Positions 28,925 to 38,377 of a DNA stretch of 64,000 nucleotides are shown in pieces; position 1 is the stretch's first letter; each line of letters begins with the position of its first letter. Made by a program: the position numbers and the translations under genes. This stretch comes from an uncultured Armatimonadetes bacterium (lineage in GTDB: Bacteria > Armatimonadota > Hebobacteria > Hebobacterales > Hebobacteraceae), in contig OY970296.1 of the NCBI GenBank assembly GCA_963716175.1, positions 704,001 to 768,000 of the forward strand. The letters are read 5' to 3'. Below the pieces are notes generated by a model. It saw only the letters and a list, made by a program, of their open reading frames with translations, made no database searches and was not told the origin of the DNA.

Positions 28925-29224
28925 GTGCCGGCGGAGGGCGAGGCGATCGGCGGAGGCGCGGGGTTCCGCGCTCAGAACGAACCGGTCGCCCAGTTCGGCA
29001 TCCCGAGCGACGGCCCAGTGGCAGTGCGGCTGCGCTTCCCCGATGTCCGGGTTGGCTTCTGGGCGGGCACGGCGATCAAGGCCTGCGTGGATCACGGGGT
29101 GGTGAAGGGGTACCTGGACGGCCTCTACCATCCCAGCGACCCCGTTACCCGAGATCAGATGGCGGTCTACATCGCGCGGGCCTTCGATCTCATGGCCTGG
29201 GAATCGCTGGACAGGGACGCATAG
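28925..29224 (+). pseudogene. Orphan single SLH domain (3' gene fragment)
   Basis: FPDV..GFWAGTAIKACVDHGVVKGY.DG.Y....VTRDQMAVYIARAF, closely matching the C-terminus of 60037-61845; no signal peptide. Confidence 0.7.
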
Positions 29225-29517
29225 AGCGCCGGTCATCCGAAGTCTAGATCATCCGACCCAGCTACTTGATGGTCTCGCTGAGTATCAGGACGGGGGGCGC
29301 GCGCACGTGGTGCCAGACGGCGCGCTCCCCGAGGTTGTCCATCGGGGAGCGCGCTGCCAGAAGCCGCCGTTATCTGCCGGCGCGTCCTCGCGACCATCGA
29401 GTGCCGCCCCCCGTCGCCGCCACTCCGTGCGGTTCTGGGCCAGGTGTATAATCGGGTTGCCCCCTCGATCGGGCCCGGTTGGGCCCTGAAGTCGGCACTG
29501 CGATCTGACCTTCCCAA

Positions 29518-30240
29518 TCACCTCGGCTCAACGGTGAAGTCGGGGGGCAGGGCGAGCTCGCCGTAGAGCTGACGCCTGTCTTCCTTGTCGCCCTCCTGAA
29601 TCTGGATGGCTACCTGGGCGACGGCCTCGGCCTTCTCGACCGGCACCACGATCACGCCGTCGCCATCGGCCACCATCAGGTCGCCAGGCCGCACGAAGAC
29701 GCCTCCACAGGTGATGGGCTGCTGGGTAGACTCCAACTCCAGCCGCCCCGGCCTGATCCCTCGGGCGACACCGCGGGAGTAGACCGGCACTTGCTGCTTG
29801 ATCAGCTCATCTGTGTCCCTGGCTCCCCCGTTGGTGACGGCCCCGCGAGCTCCCGCCGCTAACCAGGTGAGCGAGTTGTGGGAGCCGATGAAGCCGCAGT
29901 CCCGGACCCCTGCCGCATCAATCACCACTACGTCGCCAGGGCGGATCTCGCTCAAGATAGGGCCGCTGGCGAGCTGTCCGTACCATTCATCCTTCCATTT
30001 CAGGTGCTCCGCCACCGTGGCGAAAACCGGCGCCCTCCTGCTCGCCGGCACGAACCTGACGGTGTGGGCGAAGCCGCAGATCCGGTGCTTGAACCCCTCC
30101 GTGTCGCGCCACAGGGGACGGATCTCCGGATCCATCGTCCCCACATCCTGCAGCCCCACCGCGTCCATGCCATCGCAGACATCGGTTAGCCTCAGCCCCT
30201 CGTACAGCCTGAGGATGCTCTCTCGCACTGCCTGGTTCAT
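29518..30240 (-). CDS. RraA/HMG aldolase family protein
   Basis: TDVCDGMD, GAVTNGGARDTDE, VRPGDLMVADGDGVIVVP. Confidence 0.88.
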   Translation of the reverse strand: MNQAVRESILRLYEGLRLTDVCDGMDAVGLQDVGTMDPEIRPLWRDTEGFKHRICGFAHTVRFVPASRRAPVFATVAEHLKWKDEWYGQLASGPILSEIRPGDVVVIDAAGVRDCGFIGSHNSLTWLAAGARGAVTNGGARDTDELIKQQVPVYSRGVARGIRPGRLELESTQQPITCGGVFVRPGDLMVADGDGVIVVPVEKAEAVAQVAIQIQEGDKEDRRQLYGELALPPDFTVEPR

Positions 30241-30499
30241 GGCGTCATCACCTCCACTCGATGATCCCGGCCGGCCCATAGCGAGAAGCTGCCGGACGTC
30301 TCCAAGGGTTTGCCTCCGAGGAGGGCCAATCCTGCCCATCCGACGAAGCCCTGGAGGAAACTACATTCGGGAAGAAACACTCTCCGGATGCAGAGAAGGC
30401 CGGCAGGTTCGACGCCAGGTCCCTCTCCTCACGCGGCGTTGGCACGGAAGGGCGTCCTCGTCTGTTAGAGAGCCCAGCGCTTCCCCGGGCGTGCGGCAT

Positions 30500-30710
30500 C
30501 ACCCTCACCTCGAAACCGCGGCCGTGCCGGAGGCGGAGCGCAGCTTCCGCGACCTCACCGGGTTCGAGGATCCATGGATGCGGAAGGCCGTGCTGGATGA
30601 CGGTTGCATCCCTGGCGAGGAATGGCGGAGTCCCATTGACGCGGATCGCGTGGCGGCCTAACATACGCGAGAGCGTCGCCCGACCTTACACTACGGTGGG
30701 GACATGGCCC
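30500..30710 (+). mobile_element. IS256-family right-end remnant
   Basis: EAERSFRDLTGFEDPWMRKAVL...RVAA* resembles IS256 transposase C-termini; followed by IR-like CCTTACACTACGGTGGGGACAT. Confidence 0.6.
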
Positions 30711-30870
30711 GTCCAGGAACAGGAGGCCCCATGCGCAGCCACTACGCGCAGGTCGGACCTGCTCTGCTGCAGAGGCTGGGGGCAGCCTGCGCTCAGGGCA
30801 CGGACGCCCCACGATGGACGAAGAGAGAAGAAGCTAGCACTGATGGCGGCGATGAGCTGAGGGCCTGACC

Positions 30871-31443
30871 GTGGAACCTGCGGCTGCTTCCCTGCTCGTC
30901 TACACCACGTGCGGCATCTGGGTGATCGGCGACCTGTCTCTGATCCTCCACGATCGCCGAAGGTCTGACGCATCCACAGACAGGGGAAGCCTGAGGCTCG
31001 TCCTGCTCGCGGTCCTCGCCGCGGCAGCGATCGGGTATGCTGCTTCCTACCTCCACGTCATGCGCCTGCCAGGAAGCAGGGCCAGCCAGATGCCCGTCGG
31101 GACAGGCCTGATGTGGGTGGGGATGCTCTTCCGCTGGTGGGCGGTCCTGACGCTGGGCCGGTTCCTCAGCGCCGTAGTGAGCATCAAGCGGGACCATCAG
31201 CTGATACGGAGCGGCCCGTACGCACACCTTCGGCATCCTGCTTACACCGGATCCCTGGTCAGCTTCCTGGGTCTCGGCGTTGCGCTCGGGAGCTGGGTGG
31301 CGGTAGTCAGCATGCCCATCGTGCTCTTCCTGGGCTTCCGATCCAGGATGACCCGTGAAGAGGAAGCGCTGATCGACGCGTTCGGCCAGCACTACAGGGA
31401 CTATATGCGCGAGACCAAGCGGCTGATCCCGGGCATCTACTGA
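30871..31443 (+). CDS. Isoprenylcysteine carboxyl methyltransferase (ICMT) family membrane protein
   Basis: HQLIRSGPYAHLRHPAYTG, EEEAL..FG..Y..Y. Confidence 0.9.
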   Translation: MEPAAASLLVYTTCGIWVIGDLSLILHDRRRSDASTDRGSLRLVLLAVLAAAAIGYAASYLHVMRLPGSRASQMPVGTGLMWVGMLFRWWAVLTLGRFLSAVVSIKRDHQLIRSGPYAHLRHPAYTGSLVSFLGLGVALGSWVAVVSMPIVLFLGFRSRMTREEEALIDAFGQHYRDYMRETKRLIPGIY

Positions 31444-31586
31444 GCATAGCAGGCAGCCATCGCCAGGCTGGCTCGGCAGCCCGGAGGGGCCGCAGCAGGC
31501 GGTCGGATGCGATCGGCGGCGACGGCAAGGACCGGACCCGCGTGCCCCTCCAGAGTCACCGGAGGGACGGAGGACTCGGCCGCGCT

Positions 31587-32420
31587 CTACACGGACCCTC
31601 GCCACGGATCAATGCTTCTTCGGTCCTCCAGGTAGCCCGCAACCTGTTCCCGCCATCGTGCCGCAGCGTCGAAGTCCACCTCAGCGACCGCGAGGCCCTC
31701 GCCGTCCTCCACTTCGGCCAGCACTCGACCCCAGGGCGCAATGATGGAGGACTGGCCGATGGACGAGAAGCGCGCGGATTCGTCGCAAGGTCCGTACCGA
31801 TTCGCAGAGAGGAACCAGACGGTGTTCTCCACCGCCCGAGCCACCCCCACCGCCCGGTACTCCTGCTGGTCATAGCCCAACTCCACCCAGGACTCGGCAG
31901 TCAGCCAGTTCGTGGGGTGCAGAATCAGCTCGGCCCCGCGGTCAACCAGGCCTGAGATGTAGCCTGGGAAGATGAAGTCGTAGCAGATCGTGACCGCAGC
32001 ACGGGCGAATGGCAGATCCACCAAGCAGGGCTGCTGGCCTCTCGTGAACAGCTCCCTCTCGCCTGAGAACAGGTATACCTTCCGATAGACAGAGACGATG
32101 CTGCCCGAAGGGCCGATCACCACGGCTGAGTTGTACGGCCCTCCTCCGTCCGGGCTGGCTTCGGGCATCCCCACCACCATCCAGTACCCATGTCGCGCGG
32201 CTAGGCCTGAGAGGCGCTCAGTGGTTGGGCCCGGGATGGGCTCGGCCACGTCAGCCACTGGGCCAGGAGCTGACCCGGTGGTGCACAGCTCGGGGAAGCA
32301 GACAAGGTTGGCGCCGATCGCTCCAGCGCGCTCCGCCCACAGCTCTATGCGATCCAGATTGGCCTGCTTGTCACCCGGTCTGGCAATGATCTGCGCTGCG
32401 GCCAGCTTAGCTCGCCTCAT
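31587..32420 (-). CDS. Carbon-nitrogen hydrolase (nitrilase superfamily)
   Basis: Catalytic E-K-C in FPEL, YRKVYL, ICYD; RAVEN. Confidence 0.92.
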   Translation of the reverse strand: MRRAKLAAAQIIARPGDKQANLDRIELWAERAGAIGANLVCFPELCTTGSAPGPVADVAEPIPGPTTERLSGLAARHGYWMVVGMPEASPDGGGPYNSAVVIGPSGSIVSVYRKVYLFSGERELFTRGQQPCLVDLPFARAAVTICYDFIFPGYISGLVDRGAELILHPTNWLTAESWVELGYDQQEYRAVGVARAVENTVWFLSANRYGPCDESARFSSIGQSSIIAPWGRVLAEVEDGEGLAVAEVDFDAAARWREQVAGYLEDRRSIDPWRGSV

Positions 32421-32473
32421 GGTGTCGCTCCCTATCGTCTCGTATTCACCTGCTCATAGGGCGCCCACCGCTA

Positions 32474-32546
32474 GCTCACGCGCGACGCCATCCGGACAGT
32501 GACTCCCAGCCCAGGGCTGGCCGGAGTCGAGGGGTGCCCGGGGCCG
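32474..32546 (+). repeat. Bulged-hairpin repeat, copy A
   Basis: gctcacgcgcgacgccatccggacagtgactcccagcccagggctggccggagtcgaggggtgcccggggccg. Confidence 0.8.
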
Positions 32547-32632
32547 TCGGATGGCGGCTGGGAGCCAGGCGCGCATGATCGTCCTGGTGCCGCCGCTACC
32601 ATCCTGATTCGGCGGCGCGATCCCATCTCGCT

Positions 32633-35032
32633 TCAGGTGGCAGGCGGAACGAACGTCCGCACGCGACTACCGTCCTGCCACCTGGCCAGGATGCCTCTGG
32701 CTGGTACCTTGATACCTTGATAGAGAAAGTCGCGGGCCGTGAAGTTGGCCACCATTTCAACTCGGTCCCCAAACACTGCGCGCTGGACGAGGCGATCGGG
32801 TGTCAGCCAGGAGAAGTCCGTCATCGGCAATAGAGCCAGCTCGCGGTGCAACGGCGAGAAGAACCGATAGTGGGCGCGGATCTGTTCCGCGCGCTTCTCG
32901 AACTCGTCCAGGTTCAGGTGATAGAGAGGCGGCACGCCGTAGAGCAGCTCCAGCAGTTCGGTGGTCACCACTTGATCCGCGAACTTCAGGCTGGCGTATT
33001 GCCAGTGGTGGGTGGTGACAAGGGAGTCGTGGAACACCATCTGGTAGAGCGGCAACCGGAAGCGGACATCAAAGAACCGCGTTCGGTACCTGGGCTTCAG
33101 TGGCACTTGCTTCATCATGATCTGGGGGCCGTCGGGCGGCCACCACGATCCCAGGTAGTAGGGGCTTGCCTTGTCTCTCGTGAGGTCGGGATCGTCCCAA
33201 CCGATCACCGGCGTCATCATCCCGTGCGCGAAATGGATGACCGGCGCGGCGTAGGCTGCGCCCCGCTCTGAACCGATAACCAGCCCGTAGCTATCCCTGA
33301 TCCACGCCATCCTGTCCAGACGCGCTCGCATGTCCTCCTGCTGGGTGGCGGGATGCGAAGGCGAGTAGTCATCCCCGAGATCACCATAGGCGTCGCAGTC
33401 AATGAACCAGGAGTTGAACCGCTCGGGCAACTCCCGCATCAGGCGTGTCACCCTTGCTGTCACATAGGCTCGGGCTGCAATGGGGCTGAGCTTGTAACCT
33501 TTGCCCATGAACCCGCGCTTGGGTTTGCCATCGCGGCCCACGACGGCGCCGGTTTCGTAGAGCCGCTGATCGAACTGCGCCGTCTCCCAGGAGTCCGGCT
33601 CACCAGGACGGTGAATACTGTCGTAGGAGTCATAGGTGGCGATCAGGTAGCCGAGATCCTTCGCCTTCCGGATCGCCTGGGGATGGCGGAATCCGCCCTG
33701 CCACGAGTCCAGCCCAAGCCAGAGCCGATCCAGTCCCGCGGCGGCGAGCTGTTCCATCATCTTCACCGAGACCCCGTCGCCCCAACGATCACTGCGTACG
33801 AAATCGCCCGGGAATGCCGCCTCCAGCAGCAAGCAGTTCAGCCGCAGCAGTCGAGCAGTAGAGAGCCTAGCGACCCCGACTGCCAGCAGTTCCTCGGCTT
33901 CGGCTGGGAGCTGGATGCCCTCCCACGCGACTGGCTGGTAGAGATCACGGCGCGAAAGTGCCTCGCTCAGGGCGTCCGCGGCCTCGCGCGTTAAGGCAGG
34001 ATACGACTGGCCCGGCGACGCGATCTGCTTCACCGAACGCCGTGCGTCAGGAGAGAGCAGCTCCCAGACCCGGCGTCCTGGTGAGGCGTGGCTTGCGCGG
34101 GCCTGCTTCAGAAGCGCGGTGACGAAGTGCTGCCACTCCAAGACATCATGCCGGCTGAGCAGCGAACTGCCCCAGAGGTAGACGTGCGCGGCCCCCAGCA
34201 GCTTCTCTGCCTCCGGTGTTTGCTCAATCTTGTGCTGGAGGCTAACGAACTGACCGTGATCAGTGAGCCACTTGCGGTACACCCTGGCCGGCTCCACCGG
34301 TGACGGTGAGCCCAAGCGGATGACGAAACCGTGCTCTTCTGGCTGTCCAGACGCGAACTCGTGGACGAGCCGGGCGCCGATCCGCCCGCCGTGCGAGTAG
34401 AAGCTGAGCGCGTTGTGGAACGGATTTCCCAGGATGTAGGTCACCGTGTACTCGCGGCAGTCAAGGCCCCAGAACGGCATCGACAGCCCTTCGGTAGTGC
34501 TCATGGGGCTGCTCCGGGTGAGGACCGAGAGCCACTCGGCGTTGCCGACCGGAACATAGCTTCCTTCATCCAGCGGCAGCAGATACGCTACAACTGCTCG
34601 GTCTTCGCCGATCACCGGCCAGGTGACCTCACCCCCAGAGACGGAGGTGAAATGCACCAGCAGTGCATCGCCGGCCAATGCCATCCTGACCGAGCAGCTC
34701 CTGCCTGCCAAGTCCCAACTCACCTCGTCCTCGCCCAGGGCCAGGTTCCCCACATCTCCGAGCCCCTCTTGGGGAGCCGACAATTCGACGCGGCACCGAC
34801 CTTGTGGTCTCGCCCTGACCCCAAGTGTGGACGGGGTGATCTCGATGCTCCAGACGCTATTGCGCAGCTCGACGGTCTTGGCGGCATGAGTAACGCCGGG
34901 CGCGCTGGCGAGCACGCAGATGAGGACAAGGATGAGGCCAACTCTCACCACCGGGGCTTCCCGCGTTTCATCCCTTGGGCTCATTGGGTCTGGAACCGCC
35001 GAACCGGCTGCTGTTTCACTGGTTTCAGACAA
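32633..35032 (-). CDS. Secreted GH129/GH101-like glycoside hydrolase
   Basis: HVYLWG, LWLGLD, YLIATYDSYDSIH, WFIDCDAYG, IGSERG, RLPLYQMVFHD; start uncertain. Confidence 0.75.
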   Translation of the reverse strand: MSETSETAAGSAVPDPMSPRDETREAPVVRVGLILVLICVLASAPGVTHAAKTVELRNSVWSIEITPSTLGVRARPQGRCRVELSAPQEGLGDVGNLALGEDEVSWDLAGRSCSVRMALAGDALLVHFTSVSGGEVTWPVIGEDRAVVAYLLPLDEGSYVPVGNAEWLSVLTRSSPMSTTEGLSMPFWGLDCREYTVTYILGNPFHNALSFYSHGGRIGARLVHEFASGQPEEHGFVIRLGSPSPVEPARVYRKWLTDHGQFVSLQHKIEQTPEAEKLLGAAHVYLWGSSLLSRHDVLEWQHFVTALLKQARASHASPGRRVWELLSPDARRSVKQIASPGQSYPALTREAADALSEALSRRDLYQPVAWEGIQLPAEAEELLAVGVARLSTARLLRLNCLLLEAAFPGDFVRSDRWGDGVSVKMMEQLAAAGLDRLWLGLDSWQGGFRHPQAIRKAKDLGYLIATYDSYDSIHRPGEPDSWETAQFDQRLYETGAVVGRDGKPKRGFMGKGYKLSPIAARAYVTARVTRLMRELPERFNSWFIDCDAYGDLGDDYSPSHPATQQEDMRARLDRMAWIRDSYGLVIGSERGAAYAAPVIHFAHGMMTPVIGWDDPDLTRDKASPYYLGSWWPPDGPQIMMKQVPLKPRYRTRFFDVRFRLPLYQMVFHDSLVTTHHWQYASLKFADQVVTTELLELLYGVPPLYHLNLDEFEKRAEQIRAHYRFFSPLHRELALLPMTDFSWLTPDRLVQRAVFGDRVEMVANFTARDFLYQGIKVPARGILARWQDGSRVRTFVPPAT

Positions 35033-35513
35033 CGGATGACTTCTCCTGCCAAATGGTGCTCCTGGTATCGAAGGGCGGTGCTAGCCCAACACCTTGACAG
35101 TGACGTTGGCCTGCGCAACGTGGAAGCAGCCGATGTCTATGCTGCGAGGGTCCCACAGCGCCAGGAGAGCAAGACCAAGGGGCGCTGGTGTCCTAACGCC
35201 GCCGTAGGGCAGGCCGAGCCTTTCGCCTCTGACCTCTCCGCTGCCGGCCCCGGTCCAGAGCGTCACCGTAGGCATGCGGGTGTAAGAGGTGCCACGAGTT
35301 GCGCTCACGAACGCAAGCTCCCGGCTCGTGAAGCCAATCAGCACTTCGCCGTAGCTCCGCTCAAGGACAAGCTGCATTGGGGGTCTCTCTAGTGCTGCGG
35401 CCCTTGCGGCCAGGCGCCGCCCAGATTACACTGTTACCGGCAGGGATAGCGAGCCCGGGGTTGGCAGCCTCAGAGATGGCGCTGGCAGCGCCTGGCGGAT
35501 GGGAGGAAGCCCA

Positions 35514-36518
35514 ATGGTCAGGGTAAGCCGGAGCGATGGCAGAGCTGTCATCGAAGGCGTCGAGCGACTGGGTTGGGGCGAGGGGCGCGAGAACACCTTC
35601 GTCGGGGCACTCACGGTCCTCGCCCATGCGCTGGGCGATGAGGCCCACTACGACTTCCTCATGGGCGTGTCGGGTGCGGCCTTCCGCGTGCAGCTGTGCC
35701 AGCCGGAGTGGTGCCCCAGCGCCCCGGACGCAGGCTGTGGGTTCCAGTGCGATGCAGCCGCGACGGCGGCTCTGGGATATGTGACGGAGACCATGTTCGC
35801 GTCGGTGGAGGATGCCGGCCAGATGCGTCAGGTGCGGGAGGCGGTAGTCCACAGCATTGATCAGGGCCATCCGGTCATCGCCCTCGACCTAGTGAAGAGC
35901 GCCGACTATGGGGTGATCGTCGGCTATGCCGATGCCGGAGAGACGTTCCTGTGCCGCTCCTACTGGGACACAACAGACGAGTACGCAAGGGCCGAGAAGT
36001 GGCCCTGGGTGATGGTGTCCATTCGAGCGCGCCGAACGCCGCCGGCGCGCGCGGACCTGATCAGGCGTTCGCTGGAGCAGGCGGTCATGCTCGCGACCAC
36101 CGAGCGCTTCGACACCTACCTCAGCGGATTCGGCGCTTACGAGACGTGGGCGCAGCAGCTCCTGGAGGACTCCCGATTTGGGCCCGACAGACTCCAGCAG
36201 ACCGCGCAGGCGAACGCCTGGAGCTACATCAGCCTGATGGACTGCCGCGCCGCGGCCTCCCGCTACCTCTCCGCCATCGCGGATGAGTTCCCAGCGACGC
36301 GTGCCCAGCGTCTGCTGGAGGCCGCCGACCTGTATGGTCAAGTCATAGGGGTGCTCGGAGACACGCAGGGGATGGTTCCTTTCCCCCTGCAATTGGGCGA
36401 GAAGGCTGCCTACCCGATAGACCAGCGGCGAGCTGAAGCAGAGACGCTCAGGAAGGCACTCGGCCTGGAGCGACAGGCGATACTGGAGATCGAGCAGGCC
36501 CTGGCCACCGTGCACTGA
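35514..36518 (+). CDS. Hypothetical protein
   Basis: GGAGG RBS; YDFLMGVSGAAFR, WCPS, SIDQGHPVI, YGVIVGY. Confidence 0.75.
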   Translation: MVRVSRSDGRAVIEGVERLGWGEGRENTFVGALTVLAHALGDEAHYDFLMGVSGAAFRVQLCQPEWCPSAPDAGCGFQCDAAATAALGYVTETMFASVEDAGQMRQVREAVVHSIDQGHPVIALDLVKSADYGVIVGYADAGETFLCRSYWDTTDEYARAEKWPWVMVSIRARRTPPARADLIRRSLEQAVMLATTERFDTYLSGFGAYETWAQQLLEDSRFGPDRLQQTAQANAWSYISLMDCRAAASRYLSAIADEFPATRAQRLLEAADLYGQVIGVLGDTQGMVPFPLQLGEKAAYPIDQRRAEAETLRKALGLERQAILEIEQALATVH

Positions 36519-36635
36519 GGCCGCCTGGCGGTCGCGGAGCGAGCTAGCCACAGCCCGTCCACGAACTTGGCCCGATCGGTCGGCGACAGCGGAGCCAGCT
36601 TCACCCGCCCGGGGTGGGCAAGCTTCCGCACTCCT

Positions 36636-37094
36636 CTAGCCAGGGCTTCCCGGGTGGTCCGAACGTGCGAACCGATCTAGCGGGAACGGCGGCCTCGACA
36701 GCGGCCTGACCGCGAGCGACAGCAGCAGCACCTCGTTGTCGTCCGCCGCGATGCGGTTCGAGCTCAGGTGGCCGCACTGGCGGCACCGGTGGATGATCGC
36801 CCACTCGCCGCCCTTCCGGACCCAGACCGCCACGGGCTCCATGAGGCCGCCGCAGCAGGCAGCACGATCTCCGGGTTCATCGTCGAGGTGCACGCTCACC
36901 AGGCACCACGGGCAGTGGTTCCGGTGCTCTGAGCCAGCACCCCCGGGGACCACGAGCGTGCCGCAGTTGCGGCATTGAAACGAGTCTTCGGGGCCACTTG
37001 GCGCGCGATCCGGGACGGTCTCGCCCCGGCGCAGGTGCCGGCCCCGTCGGCGCCGCGATCGAGCATCTTGGTGACGACCATGCGAACTCCTCAA
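36636..37094 (-). CDS. RNHCP domain protein
   Basis: FQCRNCG...HRNHCPWCLVSVH.D..PGDRA..CGGLMEP...HRCRQCG; TTG 37094 after AGGAGGATAGGGAG. Confidence 0.92.
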   Translation of the reverse strand: MRSSHGRHQDARSRRRRGRHLRRGETVPDRAPSGPEDSFQCRNCGTLVVPGGAGSEHRNHCPWCLVSVHLDDEPGDRAACCGGLMEPVAVWVRKGGEWAIIHRCRQCGHLSSNRIAADDNEVLLLSLAVRPLSRPPFPLDRFARSDHPGSPG

Positions 37095-37179
37095 CTCCCT
37101 ATCCTCCTGGCCATGCATGCACGTACGTCATCATCCGCGGCCATAGCAACGCCGCGGGCATGGAGGCTGCGCCGCGGCG

Positions 37180-37212
37180 GAAGGATAAGGAAGGCCATCG
37201 CGAAGATGGCCT
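37180..37212 (-). promoter_or_regulatory. Attenuator hairpin plus anti-SD pyrimidine tract
   Basis: AGGCCATC-TTCGC-GATGGCCT then TCCTTATCCTTC; the tract is complementary to the RNHCP SD region. Confidence 0.65.
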
Positions 37213-37243
37213 GCGCTTGCCAGATCAGGTTGATGGGATCAGG

Positions 37244-37303
37244 CTAGCCTCCGGTCCTTTCGAGGCGCAGCACCGTTGTGGAGTTGCTTATCGCAGTCAC
37301 CAT
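37244..37303 (-). CDS. 19-aa leader peptide MVTAISNSTTVLRLERTGG
   Basis: GGAGG 8 nt before the ATG; lies between the promoter and the attenuator. Confidence 0.65.
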   Translation of the reverse strand: MVTAISNSTTVLRLERTGG

Positions 37304-37345
37304 ACACTAGGCCTCCGACCAAAGAATACGAACACTGGATACAGG

Positions 37346-37375
37346 AGTCTAGCCGCGGAGCAAGCGGACTGTCAA
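37346..37375 (-). promoter_or_regulatory. Sigma-70 promoter for leader-RNHCP
   Basis: TTGACA-N18-TAGACT on the minus strand. Confidence 0.65.
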
Positions 37376-37743
37376 GCGCTGGCGGCCGACTTGCCCTCGC
37401 GCTTCTTGCCGTGCAGCCCGTGATGGCTTTCCGGTAGCAGAGACCGCAGCAACAGCAGCGTGCGCCAGGACGCCGCCGGCAGACAGCGCGGTGAGGAGCA
37501 GCAGGTACCTGGCGCGGACTCCGCATGCTGTCGAACGAAGCCGGCCAGCCGCCGGCGCAGAGAGCGGCTGGGCGGGACCCGGCCGGCCTCCCGAGCGCGG
37601 CCTGAGGGCCGAACATTGAGTGGAGCAGGCCGTAACTGGTTCCCGCTGCTAAGCCTGAATCTGCGTCGGATGATGCCGGCTATCAGACGTGTTTCCAGTG
37701 AGAGTGCAAGCCTTGCCGGCACCACGGCCCTCTCGGCCCACAC

Positions 37744-37902
37744 TCACCGCAGATAAAGCTTCGACGCGATCTTGCGGCCGATCATCTTGTTGACCAGCCG
37801 CCGCGTCATGCGCTTGGGATTGCCGCTCGCCAATGCGCTGACGTCGTTGGCGATGCGCGCGATCCTGTAAAGGCTGCTGACGAGGCTGAAGCCCCTGGCC
37901 AC
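37744..37902 (-). CDS. 52-aa basic small protein
   Basis: GGGAGG RBS, GTG start; MARGFSLVSSLYRIARIANDVSALASGNPKRMTRRLVNKMIGRKIASKLYLR; below the ORF-track cutoff. Confidence 0.75.
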   Translation of the reverse strand: MARGFSLVSSLYRIARIANDVSALASGNPKRMTRRLVNKMIGRKIASKLYLR

Positions 37903-37913
37903 GGTCAGCCTCC

Positions 37914-38093
37914 CTACCCGAACCTGGCTCTGGCCTCGACCAGGGCCTCGACGAAGGCCATGAAGTCCGGCTCGTAGAAGCTGAGGTGGACGAACTCGTG
38001 CTGGACGACGAAGTTCTTCTCCTCCTCATCGTACCAGACGGCGGTCACGACGCCCTGGGACGTCGTCTTGCTGGCCAGATCGCGGATCGACAT
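37914..38093 (-). CDS. 59-aa acidic small protein
   Basis: GGAGGAG RBS; MSIRDLASKTT...FMAFVEALVEARARFG. Confidence 0.72.
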   Translation of the reverse strand: MSIRDLASKTTSQGVVTAVWYDEEEKNFVVQHEFVHLSFYEPDFMAFVEALVEARARFG

Positions 38094-38377
38094 GAGCTCC
38101 TCCCGCTCGCCAGACCGAAGTGCGCTGACCTGAGGCAAGACCACAGGCCGTAAGTCTGACGTAAAGACTGATACCACTAATGGGGGAATGTCACTAGTGT
38201 CGTGTCCCAGGAACAACTTGATGATATGCTGTCAGCACATAACCACAGAACGGGCGATCTAGGCCTGTTGTGAGCTCGTGCCGTCCTATCGCACGTCTTG
38301 CGTTTCTCCAGCTAATGCTGGGACGGCACACTAGACGCTGTTTCATAACCTTCCCGGGGGAGGTCATGAAATGCGCT

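Noticed and set aside
29262-29342. Minus-strand 26-aa ORF containing RAPP
   Set aside because: No RBS, RAPP not terminal, and no closely following gene
35081-35377. 98-aa minus-strand ORF
   Set aside because: Weak RBS and no recognisable motif; cannot be supported
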